Part shown: piece by piece, positions 39,081 through 53,422 of the stretch
How positions within the stretch are numbered: the stretch's first letter is position 1
Layout of the letters: each line of letters begins with the position of its first letter
Source: Octopus vulgaris
Taxonomy: Eukaryota
Assembly (NCBI GenBank): GCA_951406725.2
Contig: OX597838.1
Span: forward strand, 12,276,001 to 12,340,000
Direction: 5' to 3'
DNA: 64,000 bases
Position numbers and translations under genes: made by a program
The notes under the pieces: model-generated
What the model was told of the DNA's origin: nothing
Databases searched by the model: none
The model's input: only the letters and a program-made list of their open reading frames with translations

Positions 39081-39326
39081 AATCCTCGGAACTTTCCAGG
39101 AAGTTTTCGACCAAATTTCCCAGAAGTTAGAAAATCCTCGGAACTTTCCATGACGTTTTCGACCGAATTTCCCGGAACTTAGAAAATCCTCGGAACTTTC
39201 CAGTAAGTTTTCGATCTAATTTCCGGAAGTTAGAAAATCATCGGAACTTTCTGGGAAGTTTTCGACAAAATTTCCCGGAACTTAGAAAATCTTCGGAACT
39301 TTCCAGGAAGTTTCCGACCAAATTTC
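39081..39326. repeat. 52-bp minisatellite, about 4.7 copies
   Basis: Unit aatcctcggaactttccaggaagttttcgaccaaatttcccagaagttagaa starting at 39081, 39133, 39185, 39236 and 39288. Confidence 0.9.
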
Positions 39327-39676
39327 TTCGCACTTTCCGTTACATTCTGACGGAGAGCAGCAGACCGAAACTTCGAACTCACTACCATCCTTCTTGGTAT
39401 AAAAGCCTAACAGCAACAACAATAATAATAATAATCATAGTAATTATTTCTAATATAGGCACAAAACCTGAAATTTTAGGGAAGGGAGCTAATCGATAAT
39501 ATCGATCTCAGTGTTTCACTAGTACTTAATTTATAGACCCCGAAAGGCTGAAAGGCAAATTCGAAACTCAGAACGTAGCGACAGGCGAAATACCGCTAAG
39601 AATCTCGTCCAGCGTGCTAACGATTCTGCCAGCTCGACACCTTAATAATGATGATGATCATAATGATGATGATGAT

Positions 39677-39749
<73 letters not shown>

Positions 39750-39791
39750 GTATTAAATATATACATATACATGCACATATATATTCATACG

Positions 39792-39822
<31 letters not shown>

Positions 39823-40421
39823 GTATAAATACATTTATATATATATATATATATACATACACACACACACATATGTATGTATGTATGTTTGTATGTATGT
39901 ATGTATGTATATAAGAATCGATTATATTGTAAGCAGATTATATATTGTAAGCAGGCTTACAGTATATATAATATATATTTTATTTGTATATATATTATGT
40001 ATGTGTTTGTGTGTATTTTTATGTATATATATTTATACATAAACACACACAAACACACACATAATATATCGTATGCCCGTTTACATAGCACCATAGATCG
40101 AATATTATATAGATCTGGCTCATATGTGTGTGTGCGTGTGTACTTATGTCTGTCAGTGTATATACACAGAAGCCTGAATATAGAAACATAGAAACATGGG
40201 CACAGGCGTATGCACATACGTCATACACCAATACCAACATACCTACATGCGTACATAGACAGGTGCTTGCACTCATACACGTAACACTAATATTTTCTTT
40301 GGTATTAAAGAAACCTCAATCATTACATGTTATTAGTGTTTGTTATTTTATTATCATTAATAATAATAGCAAGAACAAAATTAGCAACAACAACAACAAT
40401 ACAATAATAATAATAATAATA

Positions 40422-40480
<59 letters not shown>

Positions 40481-40644
40481 TCCCTTTATATTGCCAGTCT
40501 TTTTCATGTTTCCTGTGTCTGCTTATTGGCATGTTTATTAGAGGGTTCTTAATATGTTTTATGTCACTGTGGGTGGGTGTATATACATACATAAATACAT
40601 TGACATATATATATATATGTACATATGTACATATATGTATAGAG

Positions 40645-40702
<58 letters not shown>

Positions 40703-40733
40703 GTACATATATGTATATATAGAGATGTGTATG

Positions 40734-40768
<35 letters not shown>

Positions 40769-40804
40769 ATATTATATATATATATATATTTATACCTATA
40801 TATT

Positions 40805-40841
<37 letters not shown>

Positions 40842-41526
40842 GTGAGTCTGTGTGTGTATATTACATGTATATGTAAATGTAAGCGTGTATATGTAAGGTT
40901 GTGGTTTTACGTCATTTTATTTGTATAAAAGAATATGACCAACAGAGAAAAACAAATCAGAGAAAAGCAAACACGTAGACAAACACACGTGTAACAAAAA
41001 GCAAAGCTGCTCATATCTCAAGTTATTAGTCGCTTGGTGTTTGGTGAACAGTTTTTGTTTTTTTTTCTTGTGTAGATTTTAACCCTAGTTCCACCTTCTG
41101 AACATAGTTGATGTCTTGCCTGGCGTCATTAACGAAACGATCGTCTTTGTGAATATAAAAGACATTAGAATCGTCGTTGAGCGACGACTATTGAGCTCAT
41201 TGTCGTTGGTTTTGTTGCTGCTGTGGTGGCGATGGTGGTGGTGGATGCTGGTAGTGGTGGAGGCGGTGATAGTGGTGGTGATAGTGGTGGTGGTGGTGGT
41301 GGCGGTGGTGGTGTATGTATTGACTTATATATTATGTGTGTATATTCTTTTTTTTTTTTTCTTTTATTCTTTTACCTGTTTCAGTCATTTGACTGCAGCC
41401 ATCCTGGAGCACCGGCATTTTATTCGAACTCGACCCCAGGACATATTCTTCGTAAGCTTAGTACTTCTATCGGGCCTTTTTGAAAAAGAGATAGTATCAG
41501 TGACTGAAGAGCAATAAATGTGAAAG

Positions 41527-41614
<88 letters not shown>

Positions 41615-41735
41615 GAAGAGAAGGGGGAGAATATGATATAAATGACTCGTGTTAGTATGGGTCTGAGAGAGGAACAGAGAAAGCGACAGGTTGCGAGGAA
41701 GAAGGAAAGAGAGAGAGAGGGAGAGAGAGACAGAC

Positions 41736-41768
<33 letters not shown>

Positions 41769-41876
41769 GAGAGAAAAGGCAGGAAGGAATTACAGGAGGA
41801 AGAAGGACGGAAGGGCAGAAAGAAAAAAAACAAACAAAAGGTAGGAAGGAATTACAGAAGGGTGGACAGACATAAT

Positions 41877-41917
<41 letters not shown>

Positions 41918-42134
41918 CAGAATGAAGAAAGAAAGACAGAATGAAGAAAGAACACGACATACCTCCCGCTCCGGAATATCAATATCACTCGAGATGGACA
42001 ATCGTAAATATACGGATTATATTTACATAAACTTTTACACAATACTACATGATATAATTATATCTTTACAGCTGTTTCGATGTATTCCGTAAGAGGGAGT
42101 ATTATGCCTATTATGCAATTAGGTGTAAATATTC

Positions 42135-42400
42135 TATCTATCTATCCGCTCAGTCGAAGTCGACTCTCGGTTACTCGTTGGATCAGTGTCCTCCAGTCAG
42201 TTCTATCCTGGGCCGCTCCTTTCAGATTGGCTATGTCCATTCCTGTATCACTCTTGATGGTGTCCAGCCAGCGGTTTCTTGGTCGGCCTCTTACTCTCTT
42301 TCCACTGACCATTCCGAGCATGATGTCCTTCTCCAGGGATTTTCTCCGCATAATTTGACCGAAATATGCCAATCTATGCTTGGTGATCCTAGCTTCTAAT
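42135..42400 (-). mobile_element. 3' end of an RTE/BovB-type LINE (5'-truncated)
   Basis: YFGQIMRRKSLEKDIMLGMVSGKRVRGRPRNRWLD...AQDRTDWR...VTESRLRL* followed by a short (GATA) tail. Confidence 0.85.
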
Positions 42401-42924
42401 ATTACTCAAAACCATACAAGCAGGCACAACATCGCTAACCATGAACTATGATACACAGGTACCTTTAATATACTTAGTAGCATATTATGCTTGCATTACT
42501 CCTGTCCACTCAGCTGGCAAAGATGAGTAGTAGCTGTATTTCAAAAGGTCAACCTTGTCACATTCCGTGTCACGCTGAATCTCCCCGAGAACTACGTTAA
42601 AAGGAAGTGTGCTTGTGGAGTGCTCAACCACTTGCATATTAAGGTCACGAGCAGGTTGTTCTGTCGATCAGATCAACTGGAACAGACGTTGTCATAACCG
42701 ACGGATTGTCAGTTCTTCACCAGCGGCCAAGAATGTGTTTAATACATAAAATCAGTAAAGTCAATGGTGTTACATATCTATGTTTAGCGGTCATTTAAGC
42801 AATGAGTTCGTGGATAGTTAATGGGTTGGATATGTTGCTCAAGAAGGAGCAAGAACTCCTGAAACATGTGTATTCACCCATTTGGATCATCGATTGTATT
42901 GCTTATAATAGACGTGTTCGGATA

Positions 42925-43200
42925 TGGTGGCGCAATGGCCTAGTGGTTAGGGCAGCGGACTCGCGGTCGTAGGGTCGCGGTTTCGATTCCCAGACCGGGC
43001 GTTGTGGGTGTTTATTGAGCGAAAACACCTAAAGCTCCACGAGGCTCCGGCAGGGGGTGGTGGCGATCCCTACTGTACTCTTTCGCCACAACTTTCTCTC
43101 ACTCTTTCTTCTGTTGGCCTGCTCGCTCAGCCAGCGGGGTGGCATCATTTGAAGGCTAAAACAATGCGAAGCGCATTGTGACCAGCGATGTGTAACAACA
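42925..43200 (+). mobile_element. SINE family C, tail type 2
   Basis: Same head and body; tail ...gttggcctgctcgctcagccagcgggg...gatgtgtaacaaca. Confidence 0.82.
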
Positions 43201-43795
43201 GTGCTGGCAATAATTTCTATAGAAAATCTGTTGAGATAACTTTTAAAATAAATACATTTATGCATAAAATGCAGCACATCTTTTTCAGAACTTGTCATGG
43301 CAAACACAAAGGAAGGAAGGAATTTCTAGAATAAATAGTGACATGGAGATATGAGACAAAGAATGAGTGAGAAAAAAAATATGAAGGCTATTTTAAAAAG
43401 AAACATGTAAAAGAAAGAGAGAAAGCAAGATGGTGAGAATAAATTAATAACAGCCAGAAAGAAAGAGGTGGTGGAGAAAATAAATAAGGTGGTGAGAAGG
43501 GAGGAGATGAAGAAAGAATGAGTTAAGGATAGGCAGTGATAATGTGTAAAGAAAATGAGAACGCGGAAGACACAGTAGCCATTCAGAGGCACCCAAACAC
43601 TGTTAACTTCACTTAACCCTTCGTTAGTCACATGACGCGTGTTGTCATCGCAAATTTGTTTTATACGCTTGTAATTTCTAGTTGACAACTCATGTTTTTT
43701 TTTTTGCTCTCTTCCTCTACTCTTCTGACTCAGTGAGAGTGTGTTTACAGGTGGTGTGGCGCAGTCGTGTCTCAGTTGTCGTGGAAGGTAGACCA

Positions 43796-44192
43796 GTGGA
43801 GGCGCAATGGCCCAGTGGTTAGGGCAGCGGACTCGCGGTCGGAGGATCGCGGTTTCGATTCCCAGACCGGGCGTTGTGAGTGTTTATTGAGCGAAAACAC
43901 CTAAAAGTTCCACGAGGCTCCGGCAGGGGATGGTGGTGATCCCTGCTGTACTCTTTCACCACAACTTTCTCTCACACTTACTTCCTGTTTCTCTTGTACC
44001 TGTATTTCAAAGGGCCAGCCTTGTCACATTCTGTGTGTCACGCTGAATCTCCTCGAGAACTACGTTAAGGGTACACGTGTCTGTGGAGTGCTCAGCCACT
44101 TGCACGTTAATTTCACGAGCAAGCTGTTCCGTTGATCGTATCAGCTGGGACCCTCATCGTCGCAACCGACGGAGTGCCCCTATTATATATAC
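43796..44192 (+). mobile_element. SINE family C, tail type 3, with a 13-bp TSD
   Basis: TSD tggaaggtagacc at 43782-43794 and 44193-44205. Confidence 0.9.
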
Positions 44193-44205
44193 TGGAAGGT
44201 AGACC

Positions 44206-44411
44206 GAGCTGGCAGAAACGTTAGCACGCCGGGCGAAATACGTAGCCGTGTTTCGTGTGCCGTTACGTTCTGAGTTCAAATTCCGCCGAGGTCGACTTTG
44301 CCTTTCATCCTTTCGGGGTCGATAAATTAAGTACCAGTTACGCACTGGGGTCGATATCTGTCCTTGTTTGTCCCCTCTGTGTTTAATCTCCTTGTGGGTA
44401 GTAAAGAAATA
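44206..44411 (+). mobile_element. SINE family B
   Basis: Match with a short internal deletion. Confidence 0.85.
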
Positions 44412-44658
44412 GTTGTTTTTGTCTAGTCACACCATGCGACTAACACAGTTCAAGTTTTCCTTTAATGCATATTATAACGGAAATTATGTTATTTTTTTAA
44501 TGTCAATATTCATCATAGATATTATAAAATTCCACAAAATAGTGTTTTCTTTGGGTATTTTGAAAACAAATGTAATCGACTATAAGATTTTTTTAGTCTT
44601 TCCATAATTTTATAATTCATTTTATTGTATTGTTTTATATTAATGTCATTTAGACGCA

Positions 44659-45050
44659 GTGGAGGCGCAATGGCCCAGAGGTTAGGGCAGCGGACTCGCG
44701 GTCATAGGATCGCGGTTTCGATTCCCAGACCGGGCGTTGTGAGTGTTTATTGAGCGAAAACACCTAAAGCTCCACGAGGCTCCGGCAGGGGATGGTGGTG
44801 ATCCCTGCTGTACTCTTTCACCGCAACTTTCTCTCACTCTTACTTCCTGTTTCTGTTGTACCTGTATTTCAAGGGGCTGGCCTTGTCACTCTCTGTGTCA
44901 CGCTGAATATCCCCGAGAACTACGTTAAGGGTACACGTGTCTGTGGAGTGCTCAGCCACTTACATGTTAATTTCACGAGCAGGCTGTTCCGTTGATTCGG
45001 ATCAACCGGAACCCTCGTCGTCGTAACCGACGGAGTGCTTCCAAATCCAA
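44659..45050 (+). mobile_element. SINE family C, tail type 3, with an 11-bp TSD
   Basis: TSD atttagacgca at 44648-44658 and 45051-45061. Confidence 0.9.
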
Positions 45051-45055
45051 ATTTA

Positions 45056-45438
45056 GACGCAGGTGTGGCTGTGCGGTAAGACGTTTGCTTCCCAACCACA
45101 TGGTTCTAGGTTCAGTCCCACAGCGTGGCACCTTGGGCAAGTGCCTTCTACTACAGCCTCGGACCGACCAAAGCCTTGTGAATGGATTTGGTAGGCGGAA
45201 ACTGAAAGCCCGTCGTATATATATATATATATTTATATATATACATGTGTATGTGTGTTTGTCCTTCCACCATCACTTGACAACCGATGTTGGTGTATTT
45301 AAGTCCCCGTAACTTAGCGGTTCGGCAAAAGAGAACGATATAACAAGTACTAGACTTAAAAGGAATAAGTCCTGGATCGATTTCTTCGACTGAAGGTGGT
45401 GCTCCAACATGGCCGCAGTCAAATGACTGAAATAAGTA
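45056..45438 (+). mobile_element. SINE family A (its first bases are interrupted by a SINE C insertion)
   Basis: Matches family A; its first nucleotides form part of the SINE C TSD. Confidence 0.85.
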
Positions 45439-45524
45439 ATATATATATTTATATATATATTGATATATATATATATTCAATTTCTAAATATCTCAGAGAG
45501 ATATGAGCGGACAGTATACAACCG

Positions 45525-45580
<56 letters not shown>

Positions 45581-46199
45581 ATGTATATATATATACCATA
45601 TATATTTATTGATACATATAAAGATGCAAATGAAAGTGGTGAACCAAAGAATATATGCCAACCAGCATATTTGCGAAAGATATGGTGGAGGAGCTTAAAA
45701 AAAAGGTGTAGGAGCCATCAATAAGTTTAAATTTCCACTCAATTATCGATAATTCATAATTCTTGCCGAGTTACGTAGTTAGATGTCAAAAATATAATAG
45801 GTATGAGGGGAAAAGTTGGGAGCAAGGGGGGAGAGAATCTAAAATTTAAAAATAAAGCAAGATACTTATGGAAATCGATTTGAACTGATCGATTAGTAAT
45901 CAAAAGAATGGATATCATAAATTTGTGATAGCAAGAACTAATTACGTCACTAATTTGATCAGAAGCCCTTATTTTTTATAGGGTACATACATATACAATA
46001 CACAGGCTCTAGCGCAGGAAATAATACCACGGAGAGCTTTTCGTCCGTTTTTTACGTTTTGAGTTCAAACTCTGCCAAGGTTGACTTTGCCTTTCATCCT
46101 CTCGGAATCGATAAAATATGCACCAGTTGAGCACTGGAGTCGACGCAGTCGACTTACCCACTCTTTCGAAATTGCTGGGCTTGTGCCAAAACGTGAAAT

Positions 46200-46259
<60 letters not shown>

Positions 46260-46465
46260 TTGAGTAATTGAATGAATTATCTTATTAAGGATAATTCGAA
46301 AGATAACCGATACCTGAGTAGCAAATTCACATCAGAAAGAACTCGGTTGAAGCTACGTCCCTAGGGCATAGACTACGTGTCTTCGTGCGGAAATTTGTAT
46401 GTTTATTTTAAAATTATAAGTATATGAAAGAATGGAGTTGAACGACTAGTTAACAAATATCCTTT

Positions 46466-46550
46466 ATTCTCGACATATGTTTCGAAGGCTGCATATTCCT
46501 AATTCCGAAGGAATAAGGAGTACATTATGCAGATTTCTCATCAGGAAAAT
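46466..46550 (-). ncRNA. Type I hammerhead ribozyme motif with a long stem II
   Basis: attttc-CTGATGA-gaa..ctgcata...tatgcag..ttc-GAAA-catatg-TC-gagaat. Confidence 0.72.
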
Positions 46551-46579
46551 CAAGGAACTTATGTCGACATCAAAATGCA

Positions 46580-46640
<61 letters not shown>

Positions 46641-46710
46641 CATATATTGTTTATAATAAGTGTATAATACGAGTGGGTATATATTTATAAAAAAGAAGTT
46701 TGAAAACGCC

Positions 46711-46942
46711 ACTCTTTTACTCTTTTACTCTTTTACTTGTTTCAGTCATTTGACTGTGGCCATGCTGGAGCACCGCCTTTAGCCAAGAAAAACGACCCAA
46801 GGACTTATTCTTTGTAAGCCTAGTACTTATGCTATCGGTCTCTTTTGCCGAACCGCTAATTTACGGGGACGTAAACACACCACCATCGGTTGTCAAGCGA
46901 TGTTGGGGGGACAAACTCAGACATACAAACATATACACACAC

Positions 46943-46998
<56 letters not shown>

Positions 46999-47162
46999 GC
47001 GACAGGCTTCTTTCAGTTTCCGTCTACCAAGTCCACTCACAAGGCATTGGTCGGCCCGAGGCTATAGTAGAAGACACTTGCCCAAGTTGCCACGCAGTGG
47101 GACTGAACCCAGAACCGTGTGGTTCGTAAGCAAGCTACTTACCACACAGCCATTCCTACGCC
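46711..47162 (-). mobile_element. SINE family A
   Basis: Full-length match. Confidence 0.88.
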
Positions 47163-47398
47163 ATATATAAGATAAATTTTAATTTTCTTAGAAACTTTAC
47201 ATGTTTCGGTTCTTCTTGAAAAAATGAACCATATCAAAACTACTTTTAAAAGTTAAGTGTAATAAAAAAGTTCATAATTGTTTCTTACTAGTCTCAACAG
47301 AATCCACGTGGTGTTTTTTTTTTGGGGGGGACAGCATAATAGCTGTCTTGTGTGTTGACTAAAGTAGGAGAAATGACCAGTGGCCGAAATAGCAGTAG

Positions 47399-47505
<107 letters not shown>

Positions 47506-47516
47506 TTATGTATGTA

Positions 47517-47673
<157 letters not shown>

Positions 47674-47781
47674 GATGAAATTAATCTCGAATGCATGAAA
47701 GAATCTGTGAAAACAGCTTCAGAAAATCAGGTAAAATTACCCTTATAAATGGGGGGGTTAAATGTGCCCCGGACCCGCTAC

Positions 47782-47950
<169 letters not shown>

Positions 47951-48423
47951 CATAGATACGCATACACGTTGTGATGCACCACTTAGCTGACTGTCTGTTA
48001 AAAGCGTTAAGTGAACGATCGCAACCTTTCATAGAGAAACTCCGTAACGCGATACTAATTTGACGACATACGCCGTATCTCGCTACTCACTGGTTTCTTA
48101 ACCGAAACGGCAATCTTAACAGTCACATACAATGAGACACGTACAAAAAACTATACATACGGTTACACACACAGACACACACAGGGGCCTGCGTGGACGA
48201 GCGCGCACCTGTCCACACGTATATTTCCCTATATGAACCTATGTACATGTTCTACACACGTACACACACAAAGACACATGCATATATATGCATATATGTG
48301 TGTGTGTGCGTGTGTACACGCCCACACAAATCTGAATTGGCGTACTTCCATATGTTGTATAATAGTAGCAGACGATAATCTTTTCGATGGGCGAATACAT
48401 TTTATGGAGAGTATATATATGAA

Positions 48424-48472
<49 letters not shown>

Positions 48473-48479
48473 TCATATA

Positions 48480-48532
<53 letters not shown>

Positions 48533-48537
48533 ATATG

Positions 48538-48568
<31 letters not shown>

Positions 48569-48608
48569 ATATGCATGTATACATGCATGTATTATGTATG
48601 TATGTGTG

Positions 48609-48673
<65 letters not shown>

Positions 48674-48781
48674 ATGTGTATATGTACATATATATATATA
48701 TATATACATATACACATATACATACATAATATATATATATTATATATATATATATATATATACATATATACATATACACAT

Positions 48782-48845
<64 letters not shown>

Positions 48846-48906
48846 AATACACAGTATATATGATATATATAGTATAGATACACACATATATTTATATGCA
48901 TGTACG

Positions 48907-48944
<38 letters not shown>

Positions 48945-49130
48945 TATACGTGTATGTGTGTGTGTGTGCATAATGTACACTCCCCGCAAACTGTGCCTTG
49001 CTTTCAGTCAGTAAAGCGATATAATACATTATAAGACATCGAAGAACGAAGAAAATTGGTAAATTAAGTTCCAAAGTGAATTACACGTATTTTGATCAAG
49101 TCCTTCTCATATACACACACACACACCACA

Positions 49131-49168
<38 letters not shown>

Positions 49169-49234
49169 ATATACATACATACATATATCTATATATACAC
49201 ATGCATTTACGTATAAATAAATATACATAAATGG

Positions 49235-49268
<34 letters not shown>

Positions 49269-49544
49269 GGATATATATGGATATATATATATATGTATAT
49301 AATTGTGTTCGCCGTGTATCATTCATCTCTTTTATTCTTCCATGCCGCCATGGCTTCTTGTTTATGTGGCAGCAAACCCTTTCTTCATCATTATGGTTCT
49401 TTTCCATTTTATTTTTTGGGGTTTTTTATTCTTTATATTTTTTTTACACCTTCCTCACCTCTCTGCTCGTATTTCTAGTTTCTTCCTCTGAATCGCATTC
49501 TTTTTTTCCATTTTGTCTAGTTCTCACCCTCTGTCCCCACCCCA

Positions 49545-49567
49545 CCCTCTTTCTCTCTCTCTCCTTC

Positions 49568-49598
<31 letters not shown>

Positions 49599-50020
49599 CT
49601 CTCTCTTACTCTCTGTCTCTCTCTCTTTCTCTCTTTTTCTCTCCCTCCCTCTCTCTCTCTATCCTTCTGTCTCTCTCTTTCTCTCTCTCTCTCTTTTTCT
49701 CTCTATCTCTCTCTCTTTCCTTCTGTCTATGTCTTACTCTCTGTCTCTCTCTTTCCTTCTGTCACTCTCTTTCTCTCTTTTTCACTCTCTCCCTCTCTCT
49801 CTTTCCTTCTGTCTCTCTCTTTCTCTCTCTCTCTTTTTCTCTCTCTCTCTTTCCTTCTGTCTATGTCTTACTCTCTGTCTCTCTCTTTCCTTCTGTCTCT
49901 CTCTTTCTCTCTCTCTCTCTTTTTCTCTCTCTCTTTCCTTCTGTCTCTCTCTTTCTCTCTTTTTTCTCTCTCTCTCCCTCCCCCTCTCTCTCTTTCCTTC
50001 TGTCTCTTTCTTACTCTCTG

Positions 50021-50053
<33 letters not shown>

Positions 50054-50420
50054 CTCTCTCTCCCTCCCTCCCAAAGTCATTCAGTATTTCCTTCCTATCT
50101 TCTTTATCTCTTCTTCTTTAATATTCTCCATCTATTCATTCCTCCCTATCTTTTTCTTCGCTCCTCATTCCTCTTTTCGTTTTTTTTCTCATTCATCTCG
50201 TTCACATTTCTTTCATTTCCGATTCCTTTCTTTATGTTTTCCTTCTTCTCCTTCTTTTTACTTTACTTCTTTTCTCATTCTCGCCATTTCTCCTCATCCT
50301 TCTGCTCGCTCTTCTGTTCTCCTCCTTCTTCTCCTCCTCCCGAACTCTCCCTCCTCCCCTCTCTTCTTTTCACGTATCATTCTTCTTCACTTTTACCATA
50401 TTTTTCTTATCTTCCTTATT
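49545..50420. repeat. CT-rich polypyrimidine tract
   Basis: Direct reading. Confidence 0.9.
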
Positions 50421-50446
50421 TACATGCGTAAATACATAGGTACATG

Positions 50447-50549
<103 letters not shown>

Positions 50550-50561
50550 TCACACACACAC

Positions 50562-50592
<31 letters not shown>

Positions 50593-50601
50593 CATATATA
50601 C

Positions 50602-50650
<49 letters not shown>

Positions 50651-50748
50651 AATATATATATCTGTATATATATCTGTATGTATATATACATCGGTATATG
50701 TATACGTATATGTGTATATATACATATATAAATATATCTGTATGCATG

Positions 50749-50864
<116 letters not shown>

Positions 50865-51255
50865 CATACATAAATGTATGTATGTGTGTGTGTGTATAAC
50901 TTCTCTTTTATACGCTTTTTCATTCTATTTTACTTCTTGTCCATCTTTTCTATTTTTTCCCCTTTTTCTTCTCTTCATTCCATATTTCCTTTTCTTCTTA
51001 TTATTCTTTATCTCCTTCCCCCTAACCCTCCGGCCTCTCTCCACTCTTTATTTATTTATTTATTTCCCCAATATCTCAATTTACTAAGCTGTCATGGCGG
51101 GATTGGTACCAGATTATCTGAGAAATATATTAACTATTCCAGGCTCCGATAATTTTATCCAGACAGAAAGTGCCATCACCTCTTTGTCTATCTCTCCCTC
51201 TCTCTCTTTCTCTTTTTCCCCTTCTCTCTCTCTCTCTCTCTCTCTCTTTCTCCCC

Positions 51256-51287
<32 letters not shown>

Positions 51288-51839
51288 TTTTCTCCCTCAT
51301 CACAGTGTCTCCAGGTCAAACTACTTAATTCCACATTTTCTCACTTCAACCTGTCAGGAATGATATCAGATCATTCCGGACAGACATTCTCGGACTTCTT
51401 TTTCTTTTCTTTTCTTTTCTTTTTTTTCTTTTTTATTTTGCTTGTCCCGAGTACCCCTTCATATCTTCATGTGTCAGGCAATGTTGGTGTACCTGCGTGA
51501 AGAATATAACGTAAAGTGATTGGATACTATGGAACAAATGCTAGACATGTGTTAATTTTTATTAATTTAGTTTAATTTAAAGTGTTCAAATCCTGCTTTG
51601 GTCAACCTTAGTTTGCATCCTTCCGGGGCCGATAAAATAAAGTACCAGTCAAGTACCGGGGTTGATAAAGTTGACTGTTCCCTTCCCCCAAAATTTCTGG
51701 CCATGGGCTTATGTGAAAGGTGAGTTTCATATAATCTAATGTCAATGGGCCATTTACAGTAGTATTTATTGAAATGTCATATCTTATGGACTCGCTTTGC
51801 TAAAGATACAAATGAATATATCACAGAGAGAGAGGGGGC

Positions 51840-51864
<25 letters not shown>

Positions 51865-51870
<6 letters not shown>

Positions 51871-52030
51871 TGAAAATTCGTCCCAGCAGCGGCTAGTGAG
51901 AGTACCAAGACGACTAATTCTTGTCCAAGCATGCGGCTGAATGTGAGTACGCGCCATTGACAAAGTCTAAACTGGCCAAAATGCCCCTGGTGCTCTCGTT
52001 GGCTGCTGCAGGGACGAAATTTCATCTCTC
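51865..52030. mobile_element. MITE-like element with about 43-bp imperfect TIRs
   Basis: gagagatgaaaattcgtcccagcagcggctagtgagagtacca ... tggtgctctcgttggctgctgcagggacgaaatttcatctctc. Confidence 0.65.
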
Positions 52031-52286
52031 TTTGATATTCATCGTATTTTTGACACAACAAATCAATAGAGGATTTTATCTTAGAATATATACAGCAGTA
52101 ACTAGTCTATCGACTGTATGTATACCTTAAGTACGATAACATTTAAATAATGAGGGAAATAAATTGAATATTAATTTAATTAATATCAATTTAAAACCAG
52201 TAGCCTAGCATACAAAAATCTGAAAAATCAGAGAAAATTCTAATACATGTGTATATTTAAAGCGCTATAAAACTACTAGGCTGTCA

Positions 52287-52451
52287 GCCGTATGCTAGAA
52301 GTAGATCACCTACGATCAAACTACAAAGAAAAGAATGTTCTCTAGAGGAAAATTCAACGGACATTTTGTTCTGGTGTCCGCTGAATTTTCCTCTAGAGAA
52401 CGTTCTTTTCTTCGTAGTTTGATCGTAGGTGATCCACTTCTAGCATACGGC
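52287..52451. repeat. Inverted repeat (about 77-bp arms, 11-bp loop)
   Basis: 52287-52363 versus 52375-52451. Confidence 0.88.
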
Positions 52452-53002
52452 CGACCACCTTTAGTACGATACATAGATGGCTATTTTAATTAGTTTTAAT
52501 GTTTGTCACTTTTCAATAAATAATGCAATTCTAGACCCAGTTCCAGAGACGTACACCCACATATCATTCTTAATTGACAGTCTTGTACGAAATTCAATTT
52601 GGGTTCGTAAACTTCACTGAAAATCTTTAACAATAGTGAGCGGGAACCACAAAAGGCTCTCCAAACATTTAATAAACACAAAATACATGCTGTAATAATT
52701 AAGTTGTGGGTTAATTAGGGATATACTGATTAGTGTATGGCAATCTGGTGACGGAATGAAACGGTGATGATTAAATCTGGACTGTGTGTGAAGGAGTGTA
52801 CGTAGATATCGAACTGTCAGATAAATTCATCCGTTCCCGCCTTCCATTATATTTTAATCTTCTCCAACGGTTTTTGAATTAACGTTATTAATGTTTTTAT
52901 CGAAGTACTTTATGGGGGTTTCTTGTAACTCTGATCTTCCTCCACAATTTTTGTTTATTGTTCTTGAAATTGGAATAATATTTACTTGTTTTCAGACATA
53001 TA

Positions 53003-53422
53003 GGCGCAGGAGTGGCTGTGTGGTAAGTAGCTTGATAACCAACCACATGGTTCCGAGTTCAGTCCCACTGCGTGGCATCCTGGGCAAGTGTCTTCTGCTA
53101 TAGCCCCGGGCCGACCAATGCCTTGTGAGTGGATTTGGTAGACGGAAACTGAAAGAAGCCTGTCGTATATATGTATATATATATATATTTATGTATGTGT
53201 GTATATGTGTTTGTGTGTCTGTGTTTGTCTCCCTAGCATCGCTTGACAACCGATGCTGGTGTGTTTACGTCCCAGTAATTTAGCGGTTCGGCAAAAGAGA
53301 CCGATAGAATAAGTACTGGGCTTACAAAAGGATAAGTCCCGAGGTCGATTTGCTCGACTAAAAGGTGGTGCTCCAGCATGGCCGCAGTCAAATGACTGAA
53401 ACAAGTAAAAGAGTAAAAGAGT
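53003..53422 (+). mobile_element. SINE family A
   Basis: Full-length match. Confidence 0.88.

Noticed and set aside
39081-39326. CRISPR-like array
   Set aside because: Head-to-tail units without unique spacers, in eukaryotic DNA with no cas genes.
44659-44735. tRNA genes at SINE heads (families A-E)
   Set aside because: They have A and B boxes, but no complete cloverleaf was found and they run directly into SINE bodies.
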